64,000 bases of DNA from Malacoraja senta (Eukaryota), in contig JAXLNO010000320.1 in NCBI GenBank assembly GCA_038087875.1, forward strand, positions 124,001 through 188,000. The letters are read 5' to 3'. The translations under genes and the position numbers were made by a program. Each line of letters opens with the position of its first letter. Position 1 is the first letter of the stretch. The notes beneath the pieces are model-generated. The model made no database searches. It was not told where the DNA came from and saw only the letters and a list, made by a program, of their open reading frames with translations. This document shows, one piece after another, positions 1 through 12,600 of this stretch.

Positions 1-1850
1 CAATCCTTTAAGTACGATTTGCCAGAATATCCTAGCCAATTCCCGTCTCATACCATTAAAGTCGTTCTTTAAGTTCAGGACCCTAGTCTCTGAATTAACC
101 GTGTCGCTCTCCACCTTAATGCAGAATTCCACCATATTATGGTCACTGTTGCCCGAGGGGCTTTGCACAACAAGATTGCCAACTAATCCTTCCTCATTGC
201 ACAATACCCAGTTTAGGATGGCCTGCCAACTACTTGGTTCCTCTACATATTGGCTTAGAAAACCATCCTGTATACAATCCAGGAAATCCTCCTCCTCAGC
301 GCTGTTACCAATTTGGTTGGCCCAATCTATATATAGATTAAAGTCGCCTATGATAACTGCTGTACCTTTGCGACAAGCATCCCTAATTTCCTGTTTGATG
401 CTATCCCCAACCTCCCTACTGCTGTTTGGTGGTCTGAATACAACTCCAACAAGTGTTTTCTGCCAGTGACTATTTTGCAGTTCTACTCACACAGATTCTA
501 CAGCATCCAAGCTAATGTCTCTCCTTACCATTGCATTAATCTCCTCTTTAACCCAGCAATCCCACCCCACCACCTCTTCCTTTCTGTCTATCCTTCCTGA
601 ATATCGAATACCCCTGCATGTTTAGTTCCCAGCCTTGGTCACCCTGGAGCCATGTCTCCGTAATTCCAACTATATCATATCCATTAACTATTAACTGCGC
701 ATTCAATTCATCCAGTTTATTACAAATGCTCCTCGCATTAAGGTACAAAGCTTTCAGGTTTGTTTTTCTTTTCAGCCTTCTACCTTTTGCTTCTGTCCTC
801 ATTTTATGTCCCCTTGTCTCCTTGCATTGGTTCCCATTCCCCTGCCCTATTAGTTTCAACGTGACCTTTTCTGCACTCTCTTTCCCGTTAACTGCACGCA
901 TACGCTTCCACGTTGTTGACCCCCCCCCCCACTATTTAATTTAAACCCACCCGTGTAGCACTAGCAAACCTGCCTGCCAGAATGTTGGTCCGCTTCCAAT
1001 TAAGGTGCAACCTGTCCCTTTTGTACAGGTCACCCCTGCCCCAAAAGAGATCCCAGTGGTCTAGAAATCTAAATCCCTGCCCCCTGCACCAACTCCTCAG
1101 TCACACATTGAGATCCCTTATCTCCCTCCCTCACTTGTTCCCACCCTCACTTGCACGAGGAACTGGAAGCAAACCAGAGATAACCACCCAAGAGGTCCTG
1201 CTTTTCAGCCTCCTACCTAGTTCTCTTTACTCACATTGCAGAACCTTCCTCTTCTTACACATGTGATTTGTGCCTACATGCACAATTGTTCCCGGCTGCT
1301 CCCCTTCCCTCTCAAGGATGTGCTGAAGTCGGTCTGAGACGTCTTAGACCCTGGCACCAGGGAGGCAACACACCATCCTTGAGTCTCGCCTGTTGCCACA
1401 GAATCTCCTGTCCTCACTGACAATGGAGTCACCTACCACTACGGCTCTGCCTGACGTCGGCCTCGCTGGTCGAGCCTCAGCGCCAGGATTCGAGTCACAG
1501 ATCTGTCCGCCGCTTGGACTGGAAGTGTCGTCTGCCCCGACAGCTCCCAGGAGGGTGTACCTGTTTTCAAGAGGTACTTCCACTGAGGTCTCCTGCACTC
1601 GTTTCATCCCTTCCTTTCCGTCTCTAACCGTCGCACCTTCTGTACTCTTGGAGTGACGTCCTATCCAGGAAACGTTCGTTTTCCCGGATGGACCGCAGGT
1701 CATCCAGCTGCTGCTCCAGTTCCCTAACTCGGTCATTGAGGAGCTGCATCTGGACACAGTTCCCCCAGGTGTAGTGGTCAGAGACACCAGCAGTGCCCCT
1801 GACTTCCCACATCCTGCAACCGCACTGCAATAACAATCCTGCCATCACTG
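1..1850 (-). mobile_element. CR1-clade LINE, 5' portion (ORF1 remnant plus ORF2 APE endonuclease), degenerate
   Basis: ORF1 with Cys-rich/coiled-coil start (RVRELEQQLDDLR) and SGNH esterase block VVVGDSIV; ORF2 start LYLNARSICNKLDEL...GITETWL...FRKDRQKGRGGGV. Confidence 0.85.
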
Positions 1851-3634
1851 CAATAAGTCACAAGTTTAAATATCGGAACATACACAGAACCGATTTAAAT
1901 GTAGCAAATGTTCCTGTTTCTGTGGTACGTGCTTTCAAGCTTTTGTATCTTGTCACCTATCCTTCCTGATTGTGGTGAGTGGGTCAGAAAGTCAAGGATC
2001 CAGTTGCAGAAGGAGGTGTTGAGTCCTAGGTCCATGAGTTTGCACATGATCTTAGTTGGAAATATGGTGTTCCATTTAACTTCATCTGCTTTTCAAGACA
2101 TTCATTACTTAAGAAGAGTCTCGTCCTGCCTTTGTCGAAGAGTGTAATATGTAAACAAGTGTGTCAGTGCTGTCACGCCAAATATAAGATAAACGTATAG
2201 AAAACCACTGCAGGAAACAGTGCAGTTTGGCACTCGGATCTTTAGTTATGCCATAGTTCTCTATACTGTTGATCCAGTTATGTGTTGATATTTCTCATGT
2301 AAACAAGCCAGAAGATTTATTGCCTTTGGCTGTTTACCGTGACACCCTGGCTGTCCTTTCCTAGCATTGCACTGCTGCAAAAGACAGATATTCTGATGAA
2401 ATGATGCAGCATTGATACAGTCAGCCACAGTCATCGGATGGGAGAGTCTGAGAATGATCAGTATCAACAAACTACTGGAGGATCTCAGCAGCTCGAGCAG
2501 CATCTGTGGGGGAAATGAATAGTCAATGTTTCGGGCAGGATATTCCCTGATGCAGGATCTCAACCTGACACTTTGACAATTCCTTTCCCTCCACACAGAT
2601 GCTGCCCGACCCACTGAGTTTCTCTCTTGTGTCTCTCTAGTTCTGAGTCAAGAGGAAGATGTTGAGTCCCAGATCCATAAGTTTGGCACCCGCATATGTG
2701 ACACACATATTTATTAATCGTTGAAAATACCCAGCCATTTAGTTTGGTTCAGTTTAGTCAGGTGGTTATGAGATTGAACATTCCACAGGGCGACACAATT
2801 CTGGTAATGGATGTGATTCTACCACTGTCTGTGGATGAAGTCCCTGGTCATTGTTGAAAACATATTAAAATGTTTAACAGCCATGGTTCTATTGAATCAT
2901 ATAAATTCTTCTGAGGTTTGACAGGGTGGATAAAGGGTAGACAAGTGGTGTCAGTCTCAATTTAGGATACTGATGATGAGAAGAAATTTCTTTGCTCAGA
3001 GAAAAGTGAATTTTTGGAATTTTCTTCTTGAATGAATTGCTGAGAATCTTCCAGACTGATTTCAATGTTATGATATGGCTGTTAAGATAATGAAAGTCAC
3101 ACTGATATAAAAGATCAGAAATGACTGAGTCATATGACCTACTGTGTTTTAATCTGCAGGCAATCAACAAGCCGCATTTTATGTCATTCAGTTTCTTCAT
3201 CCGAACACAGTCATTTCCTTTGTTCTCCTCACTCCTCTTTCTTTGCAACTTAAAACAGATTACACTTTCAACGGATGTTACCTGGCTTACTCAATCTTTC
3301 CATTATTTTCTGCTTTTATTTCCTCAAACGAAGATTTGTAATTTCTCCGTAAGAAGGGAGAGATGTTAAGTGGGATGTGTCTCACATTGTCGTATTAACT
3401 GTGTAAGATTGTTTGTATAGGCCTGGATTCAGGCCATCTACCTGTACATGGGCTGCACAGAATGGTTGCTCGTTCATTGTCACAAATAACATTAAATATT
3501 GTGTGCAAGTGGGGGGGGGGGGGGGCGATGCAGACATGGTGTAGCATATAGTCTTTGTATTGAAAATCAGGTGTTGGGGGCAAGTATCGTGCATTGTTTA
3601 TCTCAAAGCTTTGTGAATGTTTATCTTTCCTCAG

Positions 3635-3691
3635 AACAATTTCAAAAGATCAGTTTGAAAAGAAAAAAAATGACTCGTTGGATCCTGAGCC
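3635..3691 (+). CDS. CREBBP: CBP exon (human exon 21 equivalent)
   Basis: tcag|A ACA ATT...GAG CC|gtaagt; [19 protein letters not shown]. Confidence 0.95.
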
Positions 3692-6600
3692 GTAAGTATT
3701 CTGGATTATCATTCTTCCCTGTCACATGCAATTATTATTTCACCATTAGTGTGTCGCTCACTTTGTTCCTCATTCTAAAACAGACTAAGAGTCGAGAGTG
3801 TTTTATTGTCATATATCCCGGACGGGACAATGAAATTCTTACTTGCTGCAGCACAACAGAATATGTGAATATGTAAACATTGTATATAACGGGGGGGAAA
3901 AGAAAAAGTTCAATAAATAACAAATATGGTGCAAATAACAAATAATAATATAATCTTTTGCAGTTCAGAGCTCATAGCTTATTTGTTGTGTTTAATAGCC
4001 TGATGGCTGTGGGGAAGTTGCTGTTCCTGAACCTGGACGTTACAGTCTTCAGGCTCCTATACCTTCTTCCTGATGGCAGTGGTGAGATAAGTGTGTGGCC
4101 AGGATGGTGTGGGTCCTTGATGATTTTGGCTGCCTTTTTAAGGCAACGACTACGATAGATCCCTTCGACGGTGGGGAGGTCAAAGCCGGTGATGGACTGG
4201 GCATTGGTCACAAATTTTTGTAGTCTTTTTCGCTCCTGGACTTCCAAGTTGCCGAACCAGGCCAAGATGCAACCAGTCAGAATGCTCTCTACCGTGCACC
4301 TGTAGAAGTTTAGGAGAATCCTCTTCGACATGCCGAATCTCCGTAATCTTCTCAGGAAGTAGAGTCGCTGATGTGCCTTCTTTACAATTGCATCAGTGTG
4401 CTGGGTCCAGGAAAGATCTTCTGATATATGTACGCCCAGGAATTTGAAGTTATTGACCCTCTCCACCATCGTCCCATTGATATAAACAGGATTGTGGGTC
4501 CACATCCTTCCCCTACTAAAGTCCACAACCAGTTCCTTGGTCTTACTGATGTTGAGAGCCAGGTTGTTGTGCTGGCACCATTCGGTCAGTCGGTCGATCT
4601 CACTTCTATACTCTGACTCGTCCCCATCTGTGATTCGTCCAACCACAGTGGTGTCATCAGCAAACTTGATGATGGAGTTCGCGCTATGTCCGGCTACGCA
4701 GTCATGGGTATAGAGTGAGTAAAACAGGAGGCTGAGCACGCAGCCTTGAGGTGATCCTATACTAATTGTTACTGAGGATGAAGTGGTTCCTCCAATTCGA
4801 ACAGACTGGTCTGTGGATGAGGAAGTCGAGGATCCAATTGCAGAGGGATGCGCAGAGGCCCAGTTCTATGAGCTTGGTAACCAGCTTGGAAGGGATGATG
4901 GTATTAAACGCCGAGCTGCAGTCTATAAACAATAGCCTGACGTAGGTGTTTTTATTGTCCAAGTGGTCCAGTGCGGAGTGGAGAGCCAGCGAAATTGCAT
5001 CTACCGTTGACCTGTTGTGGACTGAACTGTAGTTGGTCGAGGTTCTTGTCGAGGTAGTAGTTGATGTGCACCATAACCAACTTCTTCACCACAGACATTA
5101 GTGCCACTGGTCGATAGTCATTGAGGCACGTCACCTTGCTCTTCTTGGGCACCGGTATTATTGATGCCCTCTTAAAGCAGGTGGGAACCTCAGACCTCAG
5201 AAGTGAGAGGTTGATAATGTCTGCAAAAACTCCCGCCAGTTGGTCTGCACTGGTCTTGAGAACTCGACTGGGATATCATCAGGTCCAGGCGCTTTCCGAG
5301 GGTTCACCCCTCTGAAGGATCTTCTGACGTCGGCCTCTGTGACTATGACTGTAACACCGTCAGGGCGAATAGGGGCTCGGGAAGGCACATTAGTGTTCTC
5401 CCTATCGAACCGTGCGTAGAACGCATTGATCCCGTCAGGGAGTGATGCTTCTCTGTCATTTGAGCCGCCTGATTTCGCCTTGTAGGAGGTGATGGCATTC
5501 AAGCCCTGCCACAGTTGCCGAACATCCGTATCATCCTCCAGCTTAGAGCAGAAGTCCCTTTTGGCCTTTTTGATGGCCTTACCAAGGTCGTATCTGGACT
5601 TCTTATAGAGCTCTGCATCGCCAGACCTGAATGCCCGGGATCTTGCCTTCAGAAGAATGCGGATCTCATGGTTCATCCAAGGCTTCTGGTTAGGAAACAC
5701 TCGGAAGGTTTTTGTTGGAACGCAGTCCTCCACGCATTTCCTTATTAAGTCTGTAACGACTGTGGCGTATTCATTCAGGTCTGTTGCCGAGTCCCTGAAC
5801 ATTACCCAGTCTACAGACTCCAAGCAGTCCTGGAGTTGTTCCTCTGTCTCCCCCCCCCCCCCCCCCGACCAGCTCTGTACAGTCCTCACCTCTGGGGTGT
5901 GCTCTTCAGTTGCTGCCTGTATGCTGGAAGAAGCAGCACCGATGAATGGTCGGATTTTCCGAAGTGAGGGCGAGGGATAGAGCGATAGGCGTCTTTGATG
6001 GTCAAGGATGTTTGATCATCTGGTGCTGCAGGAGACATGTTGGTGGAAGTTAAGGAGCGATTTCTTCAGGTTGGCTTTGTTGAAGTCCCCAGCTACGGTG
6101 GTAAATGCCTCTGGGTAAGCCTTCTGGTGTTTGTTGACCACAGCGTGCAGCTCCTCCAGTGCCAGACGGACGTCTTCCTGGGGTGGGATGTAGACCGCGG
6201 TCAGGATGATGGAGGTGAATTCCCTCGATAGGTAGAAGGGACGGCGCCTCACCGCCAGATGTTCGAGGTGTGGAGAGCAGGAGTTGCATAGGACTGCCAC
6301 ATCTGAGCACCACGAAGAGTTGACCACGAGGCAGACGCCCCCTCCTCTCCCTTTCCCAGATGCCTGCGTACGGTCCATACGGTGGATGGAGAACCCTTCA
6401 GGCTGGACCGCTGAGTCTGGGGAGTTGGGGGTGAGCCATGTCTCTGTGAAGCAGAACACAGAGCATTCCCTCAGCTCCCTTTGGTAAAGCAGCCTTGACC
6501 TTAAGTCCCCCACTTTGTTTTCTAGTGACTGTACGTTGGCCAGTAGGATGGTAGGGAGAGGAGGCCAAAGTCCCCTACGCTTCAGTCTTGTAGTCCTGCC

Positions 6601-9600
6601 CGACGTACTCCAGTCCGTACTCCATGAAGCCCTCCTCGGTGTTTAAAGGTACAGTACTTGCGAGTTCCACGAGGTCGGGGATTCCCTTACAGTCGGCACC
6701 TCCAGCTCCGTTGCTGCTGGGAGATCCTGCCCGACGGCCTCAATTCCGGACTCCATGAAGGCCTCCCCGGTGTTTACAGGTACAGTACTTACTGTACCTG
6801 CCGCCTCCGCGAGGTCGGGGATTCCCCTCCGATCGGGGATTCCCTTGCTGTCGCTATCTTCGGGAGTTCGCAGCAGCGCTAATGCAATTAAATGCGTTAG
6901 CAGCTCGCTACTAACATCGTTGATTTCTGCAGATTCTTCCAATGTCCTGGTGTGTAGGAATGAACTGCAGTTGCTGGTTTAAATCGAAGATAGACACAGA
7001 ATGGTGGAGTAACTCAGTGGGACAGGCAGCATCTCTGGAGAGAAGGAATGGGTGAAGTTTCGGGTCAACACCCTTTTGCAGGCTGATTAAGGATATATAT
7101 CAGTCTGAAGAAGGGTCTCGACCCGAAACTTCACCCATTCCTTCTCTCCGGAGATGCTGCCTGTCCTGCTGAGTTACTCCAGCATTTTGTGTCTATCTAT
7201 TCCAATGTCCTGTTTGCTATAATGAGCACTCTTTAAGAAGTGCTAATGAATTGGCTAATTTTAATTATTTAAATTTTAAGTTTGTAGTTATTGCACCCTG
7301 TCTTTTAATAATTTAATGGTAGGTTTGGCCAGAAGATAGAAGCCTGGCCTCCACTGTGTATGCATGAGCAGTAATTTAGTTTCAGGCCTCTGCAGAATTT
7401 GCAGAAGAGTTATATTGCCCTGAAATTGAGTTGGATATTTGGTAGTGTTACCAGCTTGAATTAATGATGTTCAAAGCTAACAATGTGTTTTCAAAATGGT
7501 CACCTGAAATTTTATTTCCTTATTTTAGATTTTTTGAATGTAAAGAATGTGGTCGCAAAATGCATCAGATCTGCGTTCTCCATAATGAAACTATTTGGCC
7601 TTCAGGGTGGGTATTGTTTAGATAGTAGGTTGTGTGCTATTTTACTGATCTTTGGGTGAACGGATTCTTAAGATAATAAGTTTATATTAGGCGCTATTGA
7701 TATCATTTTCATAAAACATTCATCCCTTACATTCAGGCTGTTCCTAAAAGTGTATTTGCGTTGTTTCTTTCTTCCACTGGCACACTGTAGAAAAGAACAC
7801 TGGATTATCTCATAACTCCAACATCCCACGTTTGTAAATTGCCCTACTTTGCGTTGACACTGGAACTCCAAGTGCTGTACTTTTCTTTGGAAGAATTGCC
7901 GACAGCAACATGCATTGGTGTATTTAACAGTCAAATCCTGGGATTGACCTGGTGAACAGCAGCTTAAATACTGGAGACACAGCCTTGTTTAGAAGCTGAG
8001 ATTGAGCATCTTCATATTTATGATTCACATGTCCTTTTTAATTTATTTCTCTTGTGTCTTTCAATAGGCCCAAATTCTTATGGTGTGATTCCGATACCAC
8101 AAATTAAAAATAATTGTCTCTCCTAGGTTTAGAAATTGGAAAAAGATGGAAGTTGGGACTGATGCACATAAAATTGAGTGGTGTTTAGTCTTTACCTTCT
8201 GAAAGTTAGGATAGTGCCTAACTTCAAAATGAAATGTTCAGATATCATGAATGTAAATCAAATATTAATATTGATTTTCTCTTACAGCTTTGTTTGTGAC
8301 AATTGCTTGAAAAAAGCGGGTAAAACGAGAAAAGAGAATAAATTCAGCTCCAAAAGTAAGTATTTCTACATCTTAAGAGGTGTGCACAATTTTTGATCTT
8401 CAGATAAACAAAACGTCTGACCATATCTGTTCCTCTTTCCATCTGAGAAATGTGGCCTAATTCTGCACGGTTGGAATCCTCATCCATACCTCCATAATTG
8501 GGTGTTCCAACCCATCCCATGGCCTGCCTTGTTCCACCCTCATACATTTGAAATCATCTACAGCTCTAACAGGGAACTTACCCTGTCTCTCACCCATTTA
8601 GATTACAGTGAACTCCACAAATTAGACCTGATTAAACCATTACAATACCATTGGCTGTGCATTCCATAAAATTATTAAAAACAGGGATGTCATCTTGTAA
8701 TTTATTTATCTTTATATTTTACGGTTTTTAATCTCAAGGAGCCTAGGCTACAGGCATGGGGGGATAAAAATTACACTTATGCACAATGTCACAAATTTAA
8801 CTCCCACCTTCCTCCACATGTAATGAAATATAAAATTAATCAACAAAATTTCACTTAAGAAATACTATGAATATTACAAAGTATTGCTGTTTACCACAAT
8901 TTTTTGTGCCAAGTTGCACTTCAATCTTTCATCTTTAGGCAGCTCGATACTAAATGATCAAAACCTCACTCATTGGTGCTAATGTGCCTACCATATTTCC
9001 CGGCAATGAAGACGCTATTTTTTACTCTAAAATAAGGCCCGAAAATTTACCTGCGTCTTGGAGGCCGAAGGTTAGATTGTTAGCCAAGAAAGGTAGACTT
9101 GGCTATCCCTCAGTACAGCAACATCAAGAACGATGTTGCTGTACTGAGGGATAGCCAAGTCTATCCCTCATTGCTGGCAGCTGATTTACATTCTCTGGCT
9201 GGGTGGCTAGGTCCAGTGTCACCCATGCAAACACTTTGCTGATGGCGACATTCTACCAGGACACGGGTCCGGTCCCCAGGGCGGGAAGACGGAGCAGCTT
9301 TCCGCTGGGGCAGCAGGGACAGTGGCCGTCCGCTGGAGTGGGGTTGGCCGAGCAATGGCACTCTCGTAGCGACTGCTCCGCGGAACCTGGCACGCCTTCA
9401 ACCCTGGAACTGTGTAAAGTGGGAAGCAGCTTTAAAAGGACAGCGCTGCTGGGGGGGGGGGGGGGGGCTGCACAAAGTATTACCCCTGGCTGGGCCGCCA
9501 GGGGTAAAGTTGCGGGGAGGGCAGGAGCGTTGAGAAGGAGGTGGTCGGGGATCATGCTAGCAACTCAGTAGCTCGGGTGGCTGCGAGCGGCCGCCGGGAC

Positions 9601-12600
9601 CGGACAGCGAAACTAGCCGCCGCCTTCAGCCGGCCCACCCGCCAGCCAGCCACGGTGTCCTTCAGCACAGGCACAACCTGTGGCGGTGGTGGTTGGCGGG
9701 TAGCTACTGGGCGGAAGGCTGGCAGCTCCGTCCTGGGCCCTCTCCCTCTCTCTCCCCCAATTATGCTTGACTAATCTTTTGGAATTTTTTGAGGATGTAA
9801 CAAATAGAATGGATGTGGTGTATCTGGACTTTCAAAATGCCTTTGACGAGGTCTCACAAGAGAATAGTGTGCAGGATTAGAGCACATGGTATTGGGGGTA
9901 GGGTATTGACATGGATAGAAAACTAGTTGGCAGACAGGAAGCAAAGAGTAGGAATTGACGGGTCTTTTTCAGAATGGCAGGTAGTGACTAGTGGGGTGCC
10001 GCAAGGCTCGGTGCTGGGACCCCAGCTGTTTACAATATATATTAATGATTTAGACGAGGGAATTAAATGTGACATCTCTAGGTTTGCGGAGGACACAAAG
10101 CTGGGTGGCAGTGTGAGCTGCGAGGAAGATGCTATGAGACTGCAGGGTGACGGTTGGGTGAGTGGGCAGAAGAATGGCAGATGCAGTATAATGTGGATAA
10201 ATGTGAGGTGGTCCACTTTGGTGGCAAGAACAGGAAGGCGGATTATTATCTAAATGGTGTCAGATTAGGAGAAGGGGAGGTGCAACGAAACCTGGGTGTG
10301 CTTGTACATCAGTCACTGAGGGTAGGCATGCAGGTACAGTAAGCAGTGACGAAAGCTAATGGCATGTTGGCCTTCATTGCGCAAGGATTTGAGTTTAGGA
10401 GCAGGGAGGTCCTACTGCAGTTGTACAGGGCCCTGGTGAGACCACACCTGGAGTATTGTTTGGAATTTTGGTCTCCAAATTTGAGGAAGGACATTATTGC
10501 TATTGAGGGAGTGCAACTTAGGTTCATCAGGTTAATTCCCCGGATGGCGGGACTGACATGATGAAAGAATGGGTTGACTGGGCTTGTATTCACTGGAATG
10601 TAGAACGATGAGAGGGGATCTTATAGAAACATATAAAATTCTTCGCGATTTGGACAGGATAGATGCAGGAAAAATGTTTCCGATGGGAGTCCGGAACCAA
10701 GGGTCACGGTTTAAGAATAAGGGGTAGGCCATTTAGGACTGAGATGAGGAAAAACGTTTTCACCCAGAGAGTTGTGAATCTGTGGAATTCTCTTGGGAGG
10801 CCAATTCACTGGAAGTTTTCAAGTTAGATTTAGCTCTTAGGGCCATGGCAATCAAGGGATATGGGGAAAAAGCCGGAACGGGGTACTGATGATCAGCCAT
10901 GATCATATTGAATGGTGGTGCTAGCTCGAAGGGCCGAACAGTCTACTCCTGCACCTATTTTCTATGTTTCTATGCTCCAAGGAATAGAGTCCTAGCCTGC
11001 TCATCAACCTATCCTTTTAGTTTTGGTTTTAATTGGCAATGGGAATCTGCTGGACCTGGCCTTCTACTGACAGCAAGAGTGGCTGAGAATAAGGTGCTGC
11101 TACATCCACTTTGTTAAAATTGTTATTCTGGGCAAGAGATCTGAAGGAAGATATCTGAAGGAAGATGACGAAGGGTCTCGGCCCGAGACGTCACCCATTC
11201 CTTCTCTCCAGAGATTCTGCCTGTCCTGCTGAGTTACTCCAGCATCTTGTGTCTATGAGATCTTTAAGATCTGTTGATAAAATATCATTATACATTGTGA
11301 TGGATTTGAACCCTTGTTGTTCACTATGTGGTTGCTACCCAACAAATGAAACATTCATTTATATCAATGTGATCAACATGTTGGAAGGAAGTCAGAGGTT
11401 TTTGTACTTAAGAGAAAGAAAGTTCATAAAGTGATTGTTACTGTCTCTGATGAGTTTACTTATGCTGAGTTTCTGTTCCCAGGGTTACAAACAACCAGGT
11501 TAGGGAATCATTTGGAAGACAGAGTGAATAAATTTCTACGGCGTCAGAACCATCCTGAAGCTGGGGAAGTTTTTGTCCGTGTAGTATCTAGCTCGGATAA
11601 AACAGTGGAAGTTAAACCAGGAATGAAAAACAGGCAAGTAAACAAGCAGCGGGAGATGGTGTAGCACTGAAGGGTGTGCCTGCAGAGGAGTTCATTTATA
11701 TTTTACCCCTGAGGATGTGTTTGAAAGCTTAAGCTAAACTTGGTGTCTGCAGATGATGCTGTGAAGGCAAAGATTGTGGTCTGGATGATGAGCCAGCTAT
11801 AGATGAACATTGGACGTTGAGGTGGGCTGGGGTGAAAATACATACACCGGAATAATTTATTCAAAGCTTTTGTGTGGAAACATCAGTGTTGTGAACAAGC
11901 CGACACAAAATCAAAATTGTGAGAGCAGTAATAAATCTGAAGAGCTCGCAGGAGGGAGGTGAAGTTGAAGATACGATACGATATAACTTTATTTATCCCA
12001 GGAGGGAAATTGATCTGCCAGCAGTCATAAAAACACAAAATACATGAAACATGAAATTAAAGTGAACGGGGGGAGGGGGGGTCGATCTCAGCCTATCCCA
12101 TGACAGAAGGGGGAGGAGTTGTGAAGTTTGATAGCCACAGGGAAGAAGGATCTCCTGTGGAGTTCTGTCCTGCATTTTGGTGGAACTTGTCTGATGCTGA
12201 AGGTGCTCCTCAGGTTAACCAGTGCGTCATGGAGCGGGTGAGCAGTATTGTCCAGGATGCTCCGCAGTTTGAGGAACATCCACCCCTCCAAGACCACCTC
12301 CCATGAATCCAACTCCACCCCCAGGACGGAGCCAGCATTCCTGATAAGTTTGCTGATCCTATTGGCGTCCGCAGCCTTTGACCTGCTGCCCCAGCACACG
12401 GCAGCGAAGAAGATGGCACTGGCTACCACCGATTGGTAGAACATCTGCAGCATCTTTCTGCAGACGTTGAAGGAGCGGAGCCTTCTCAAACAGTACAGCC
12501 GGCTCTGTCCCTTCTTGTACAGGGCCTCAGTGTTCCTGGACCAGTCCAGTTTACTGTCCAGGTACACTCCAAGGTATTTGTACTCCCTGGTAAACTGCAC

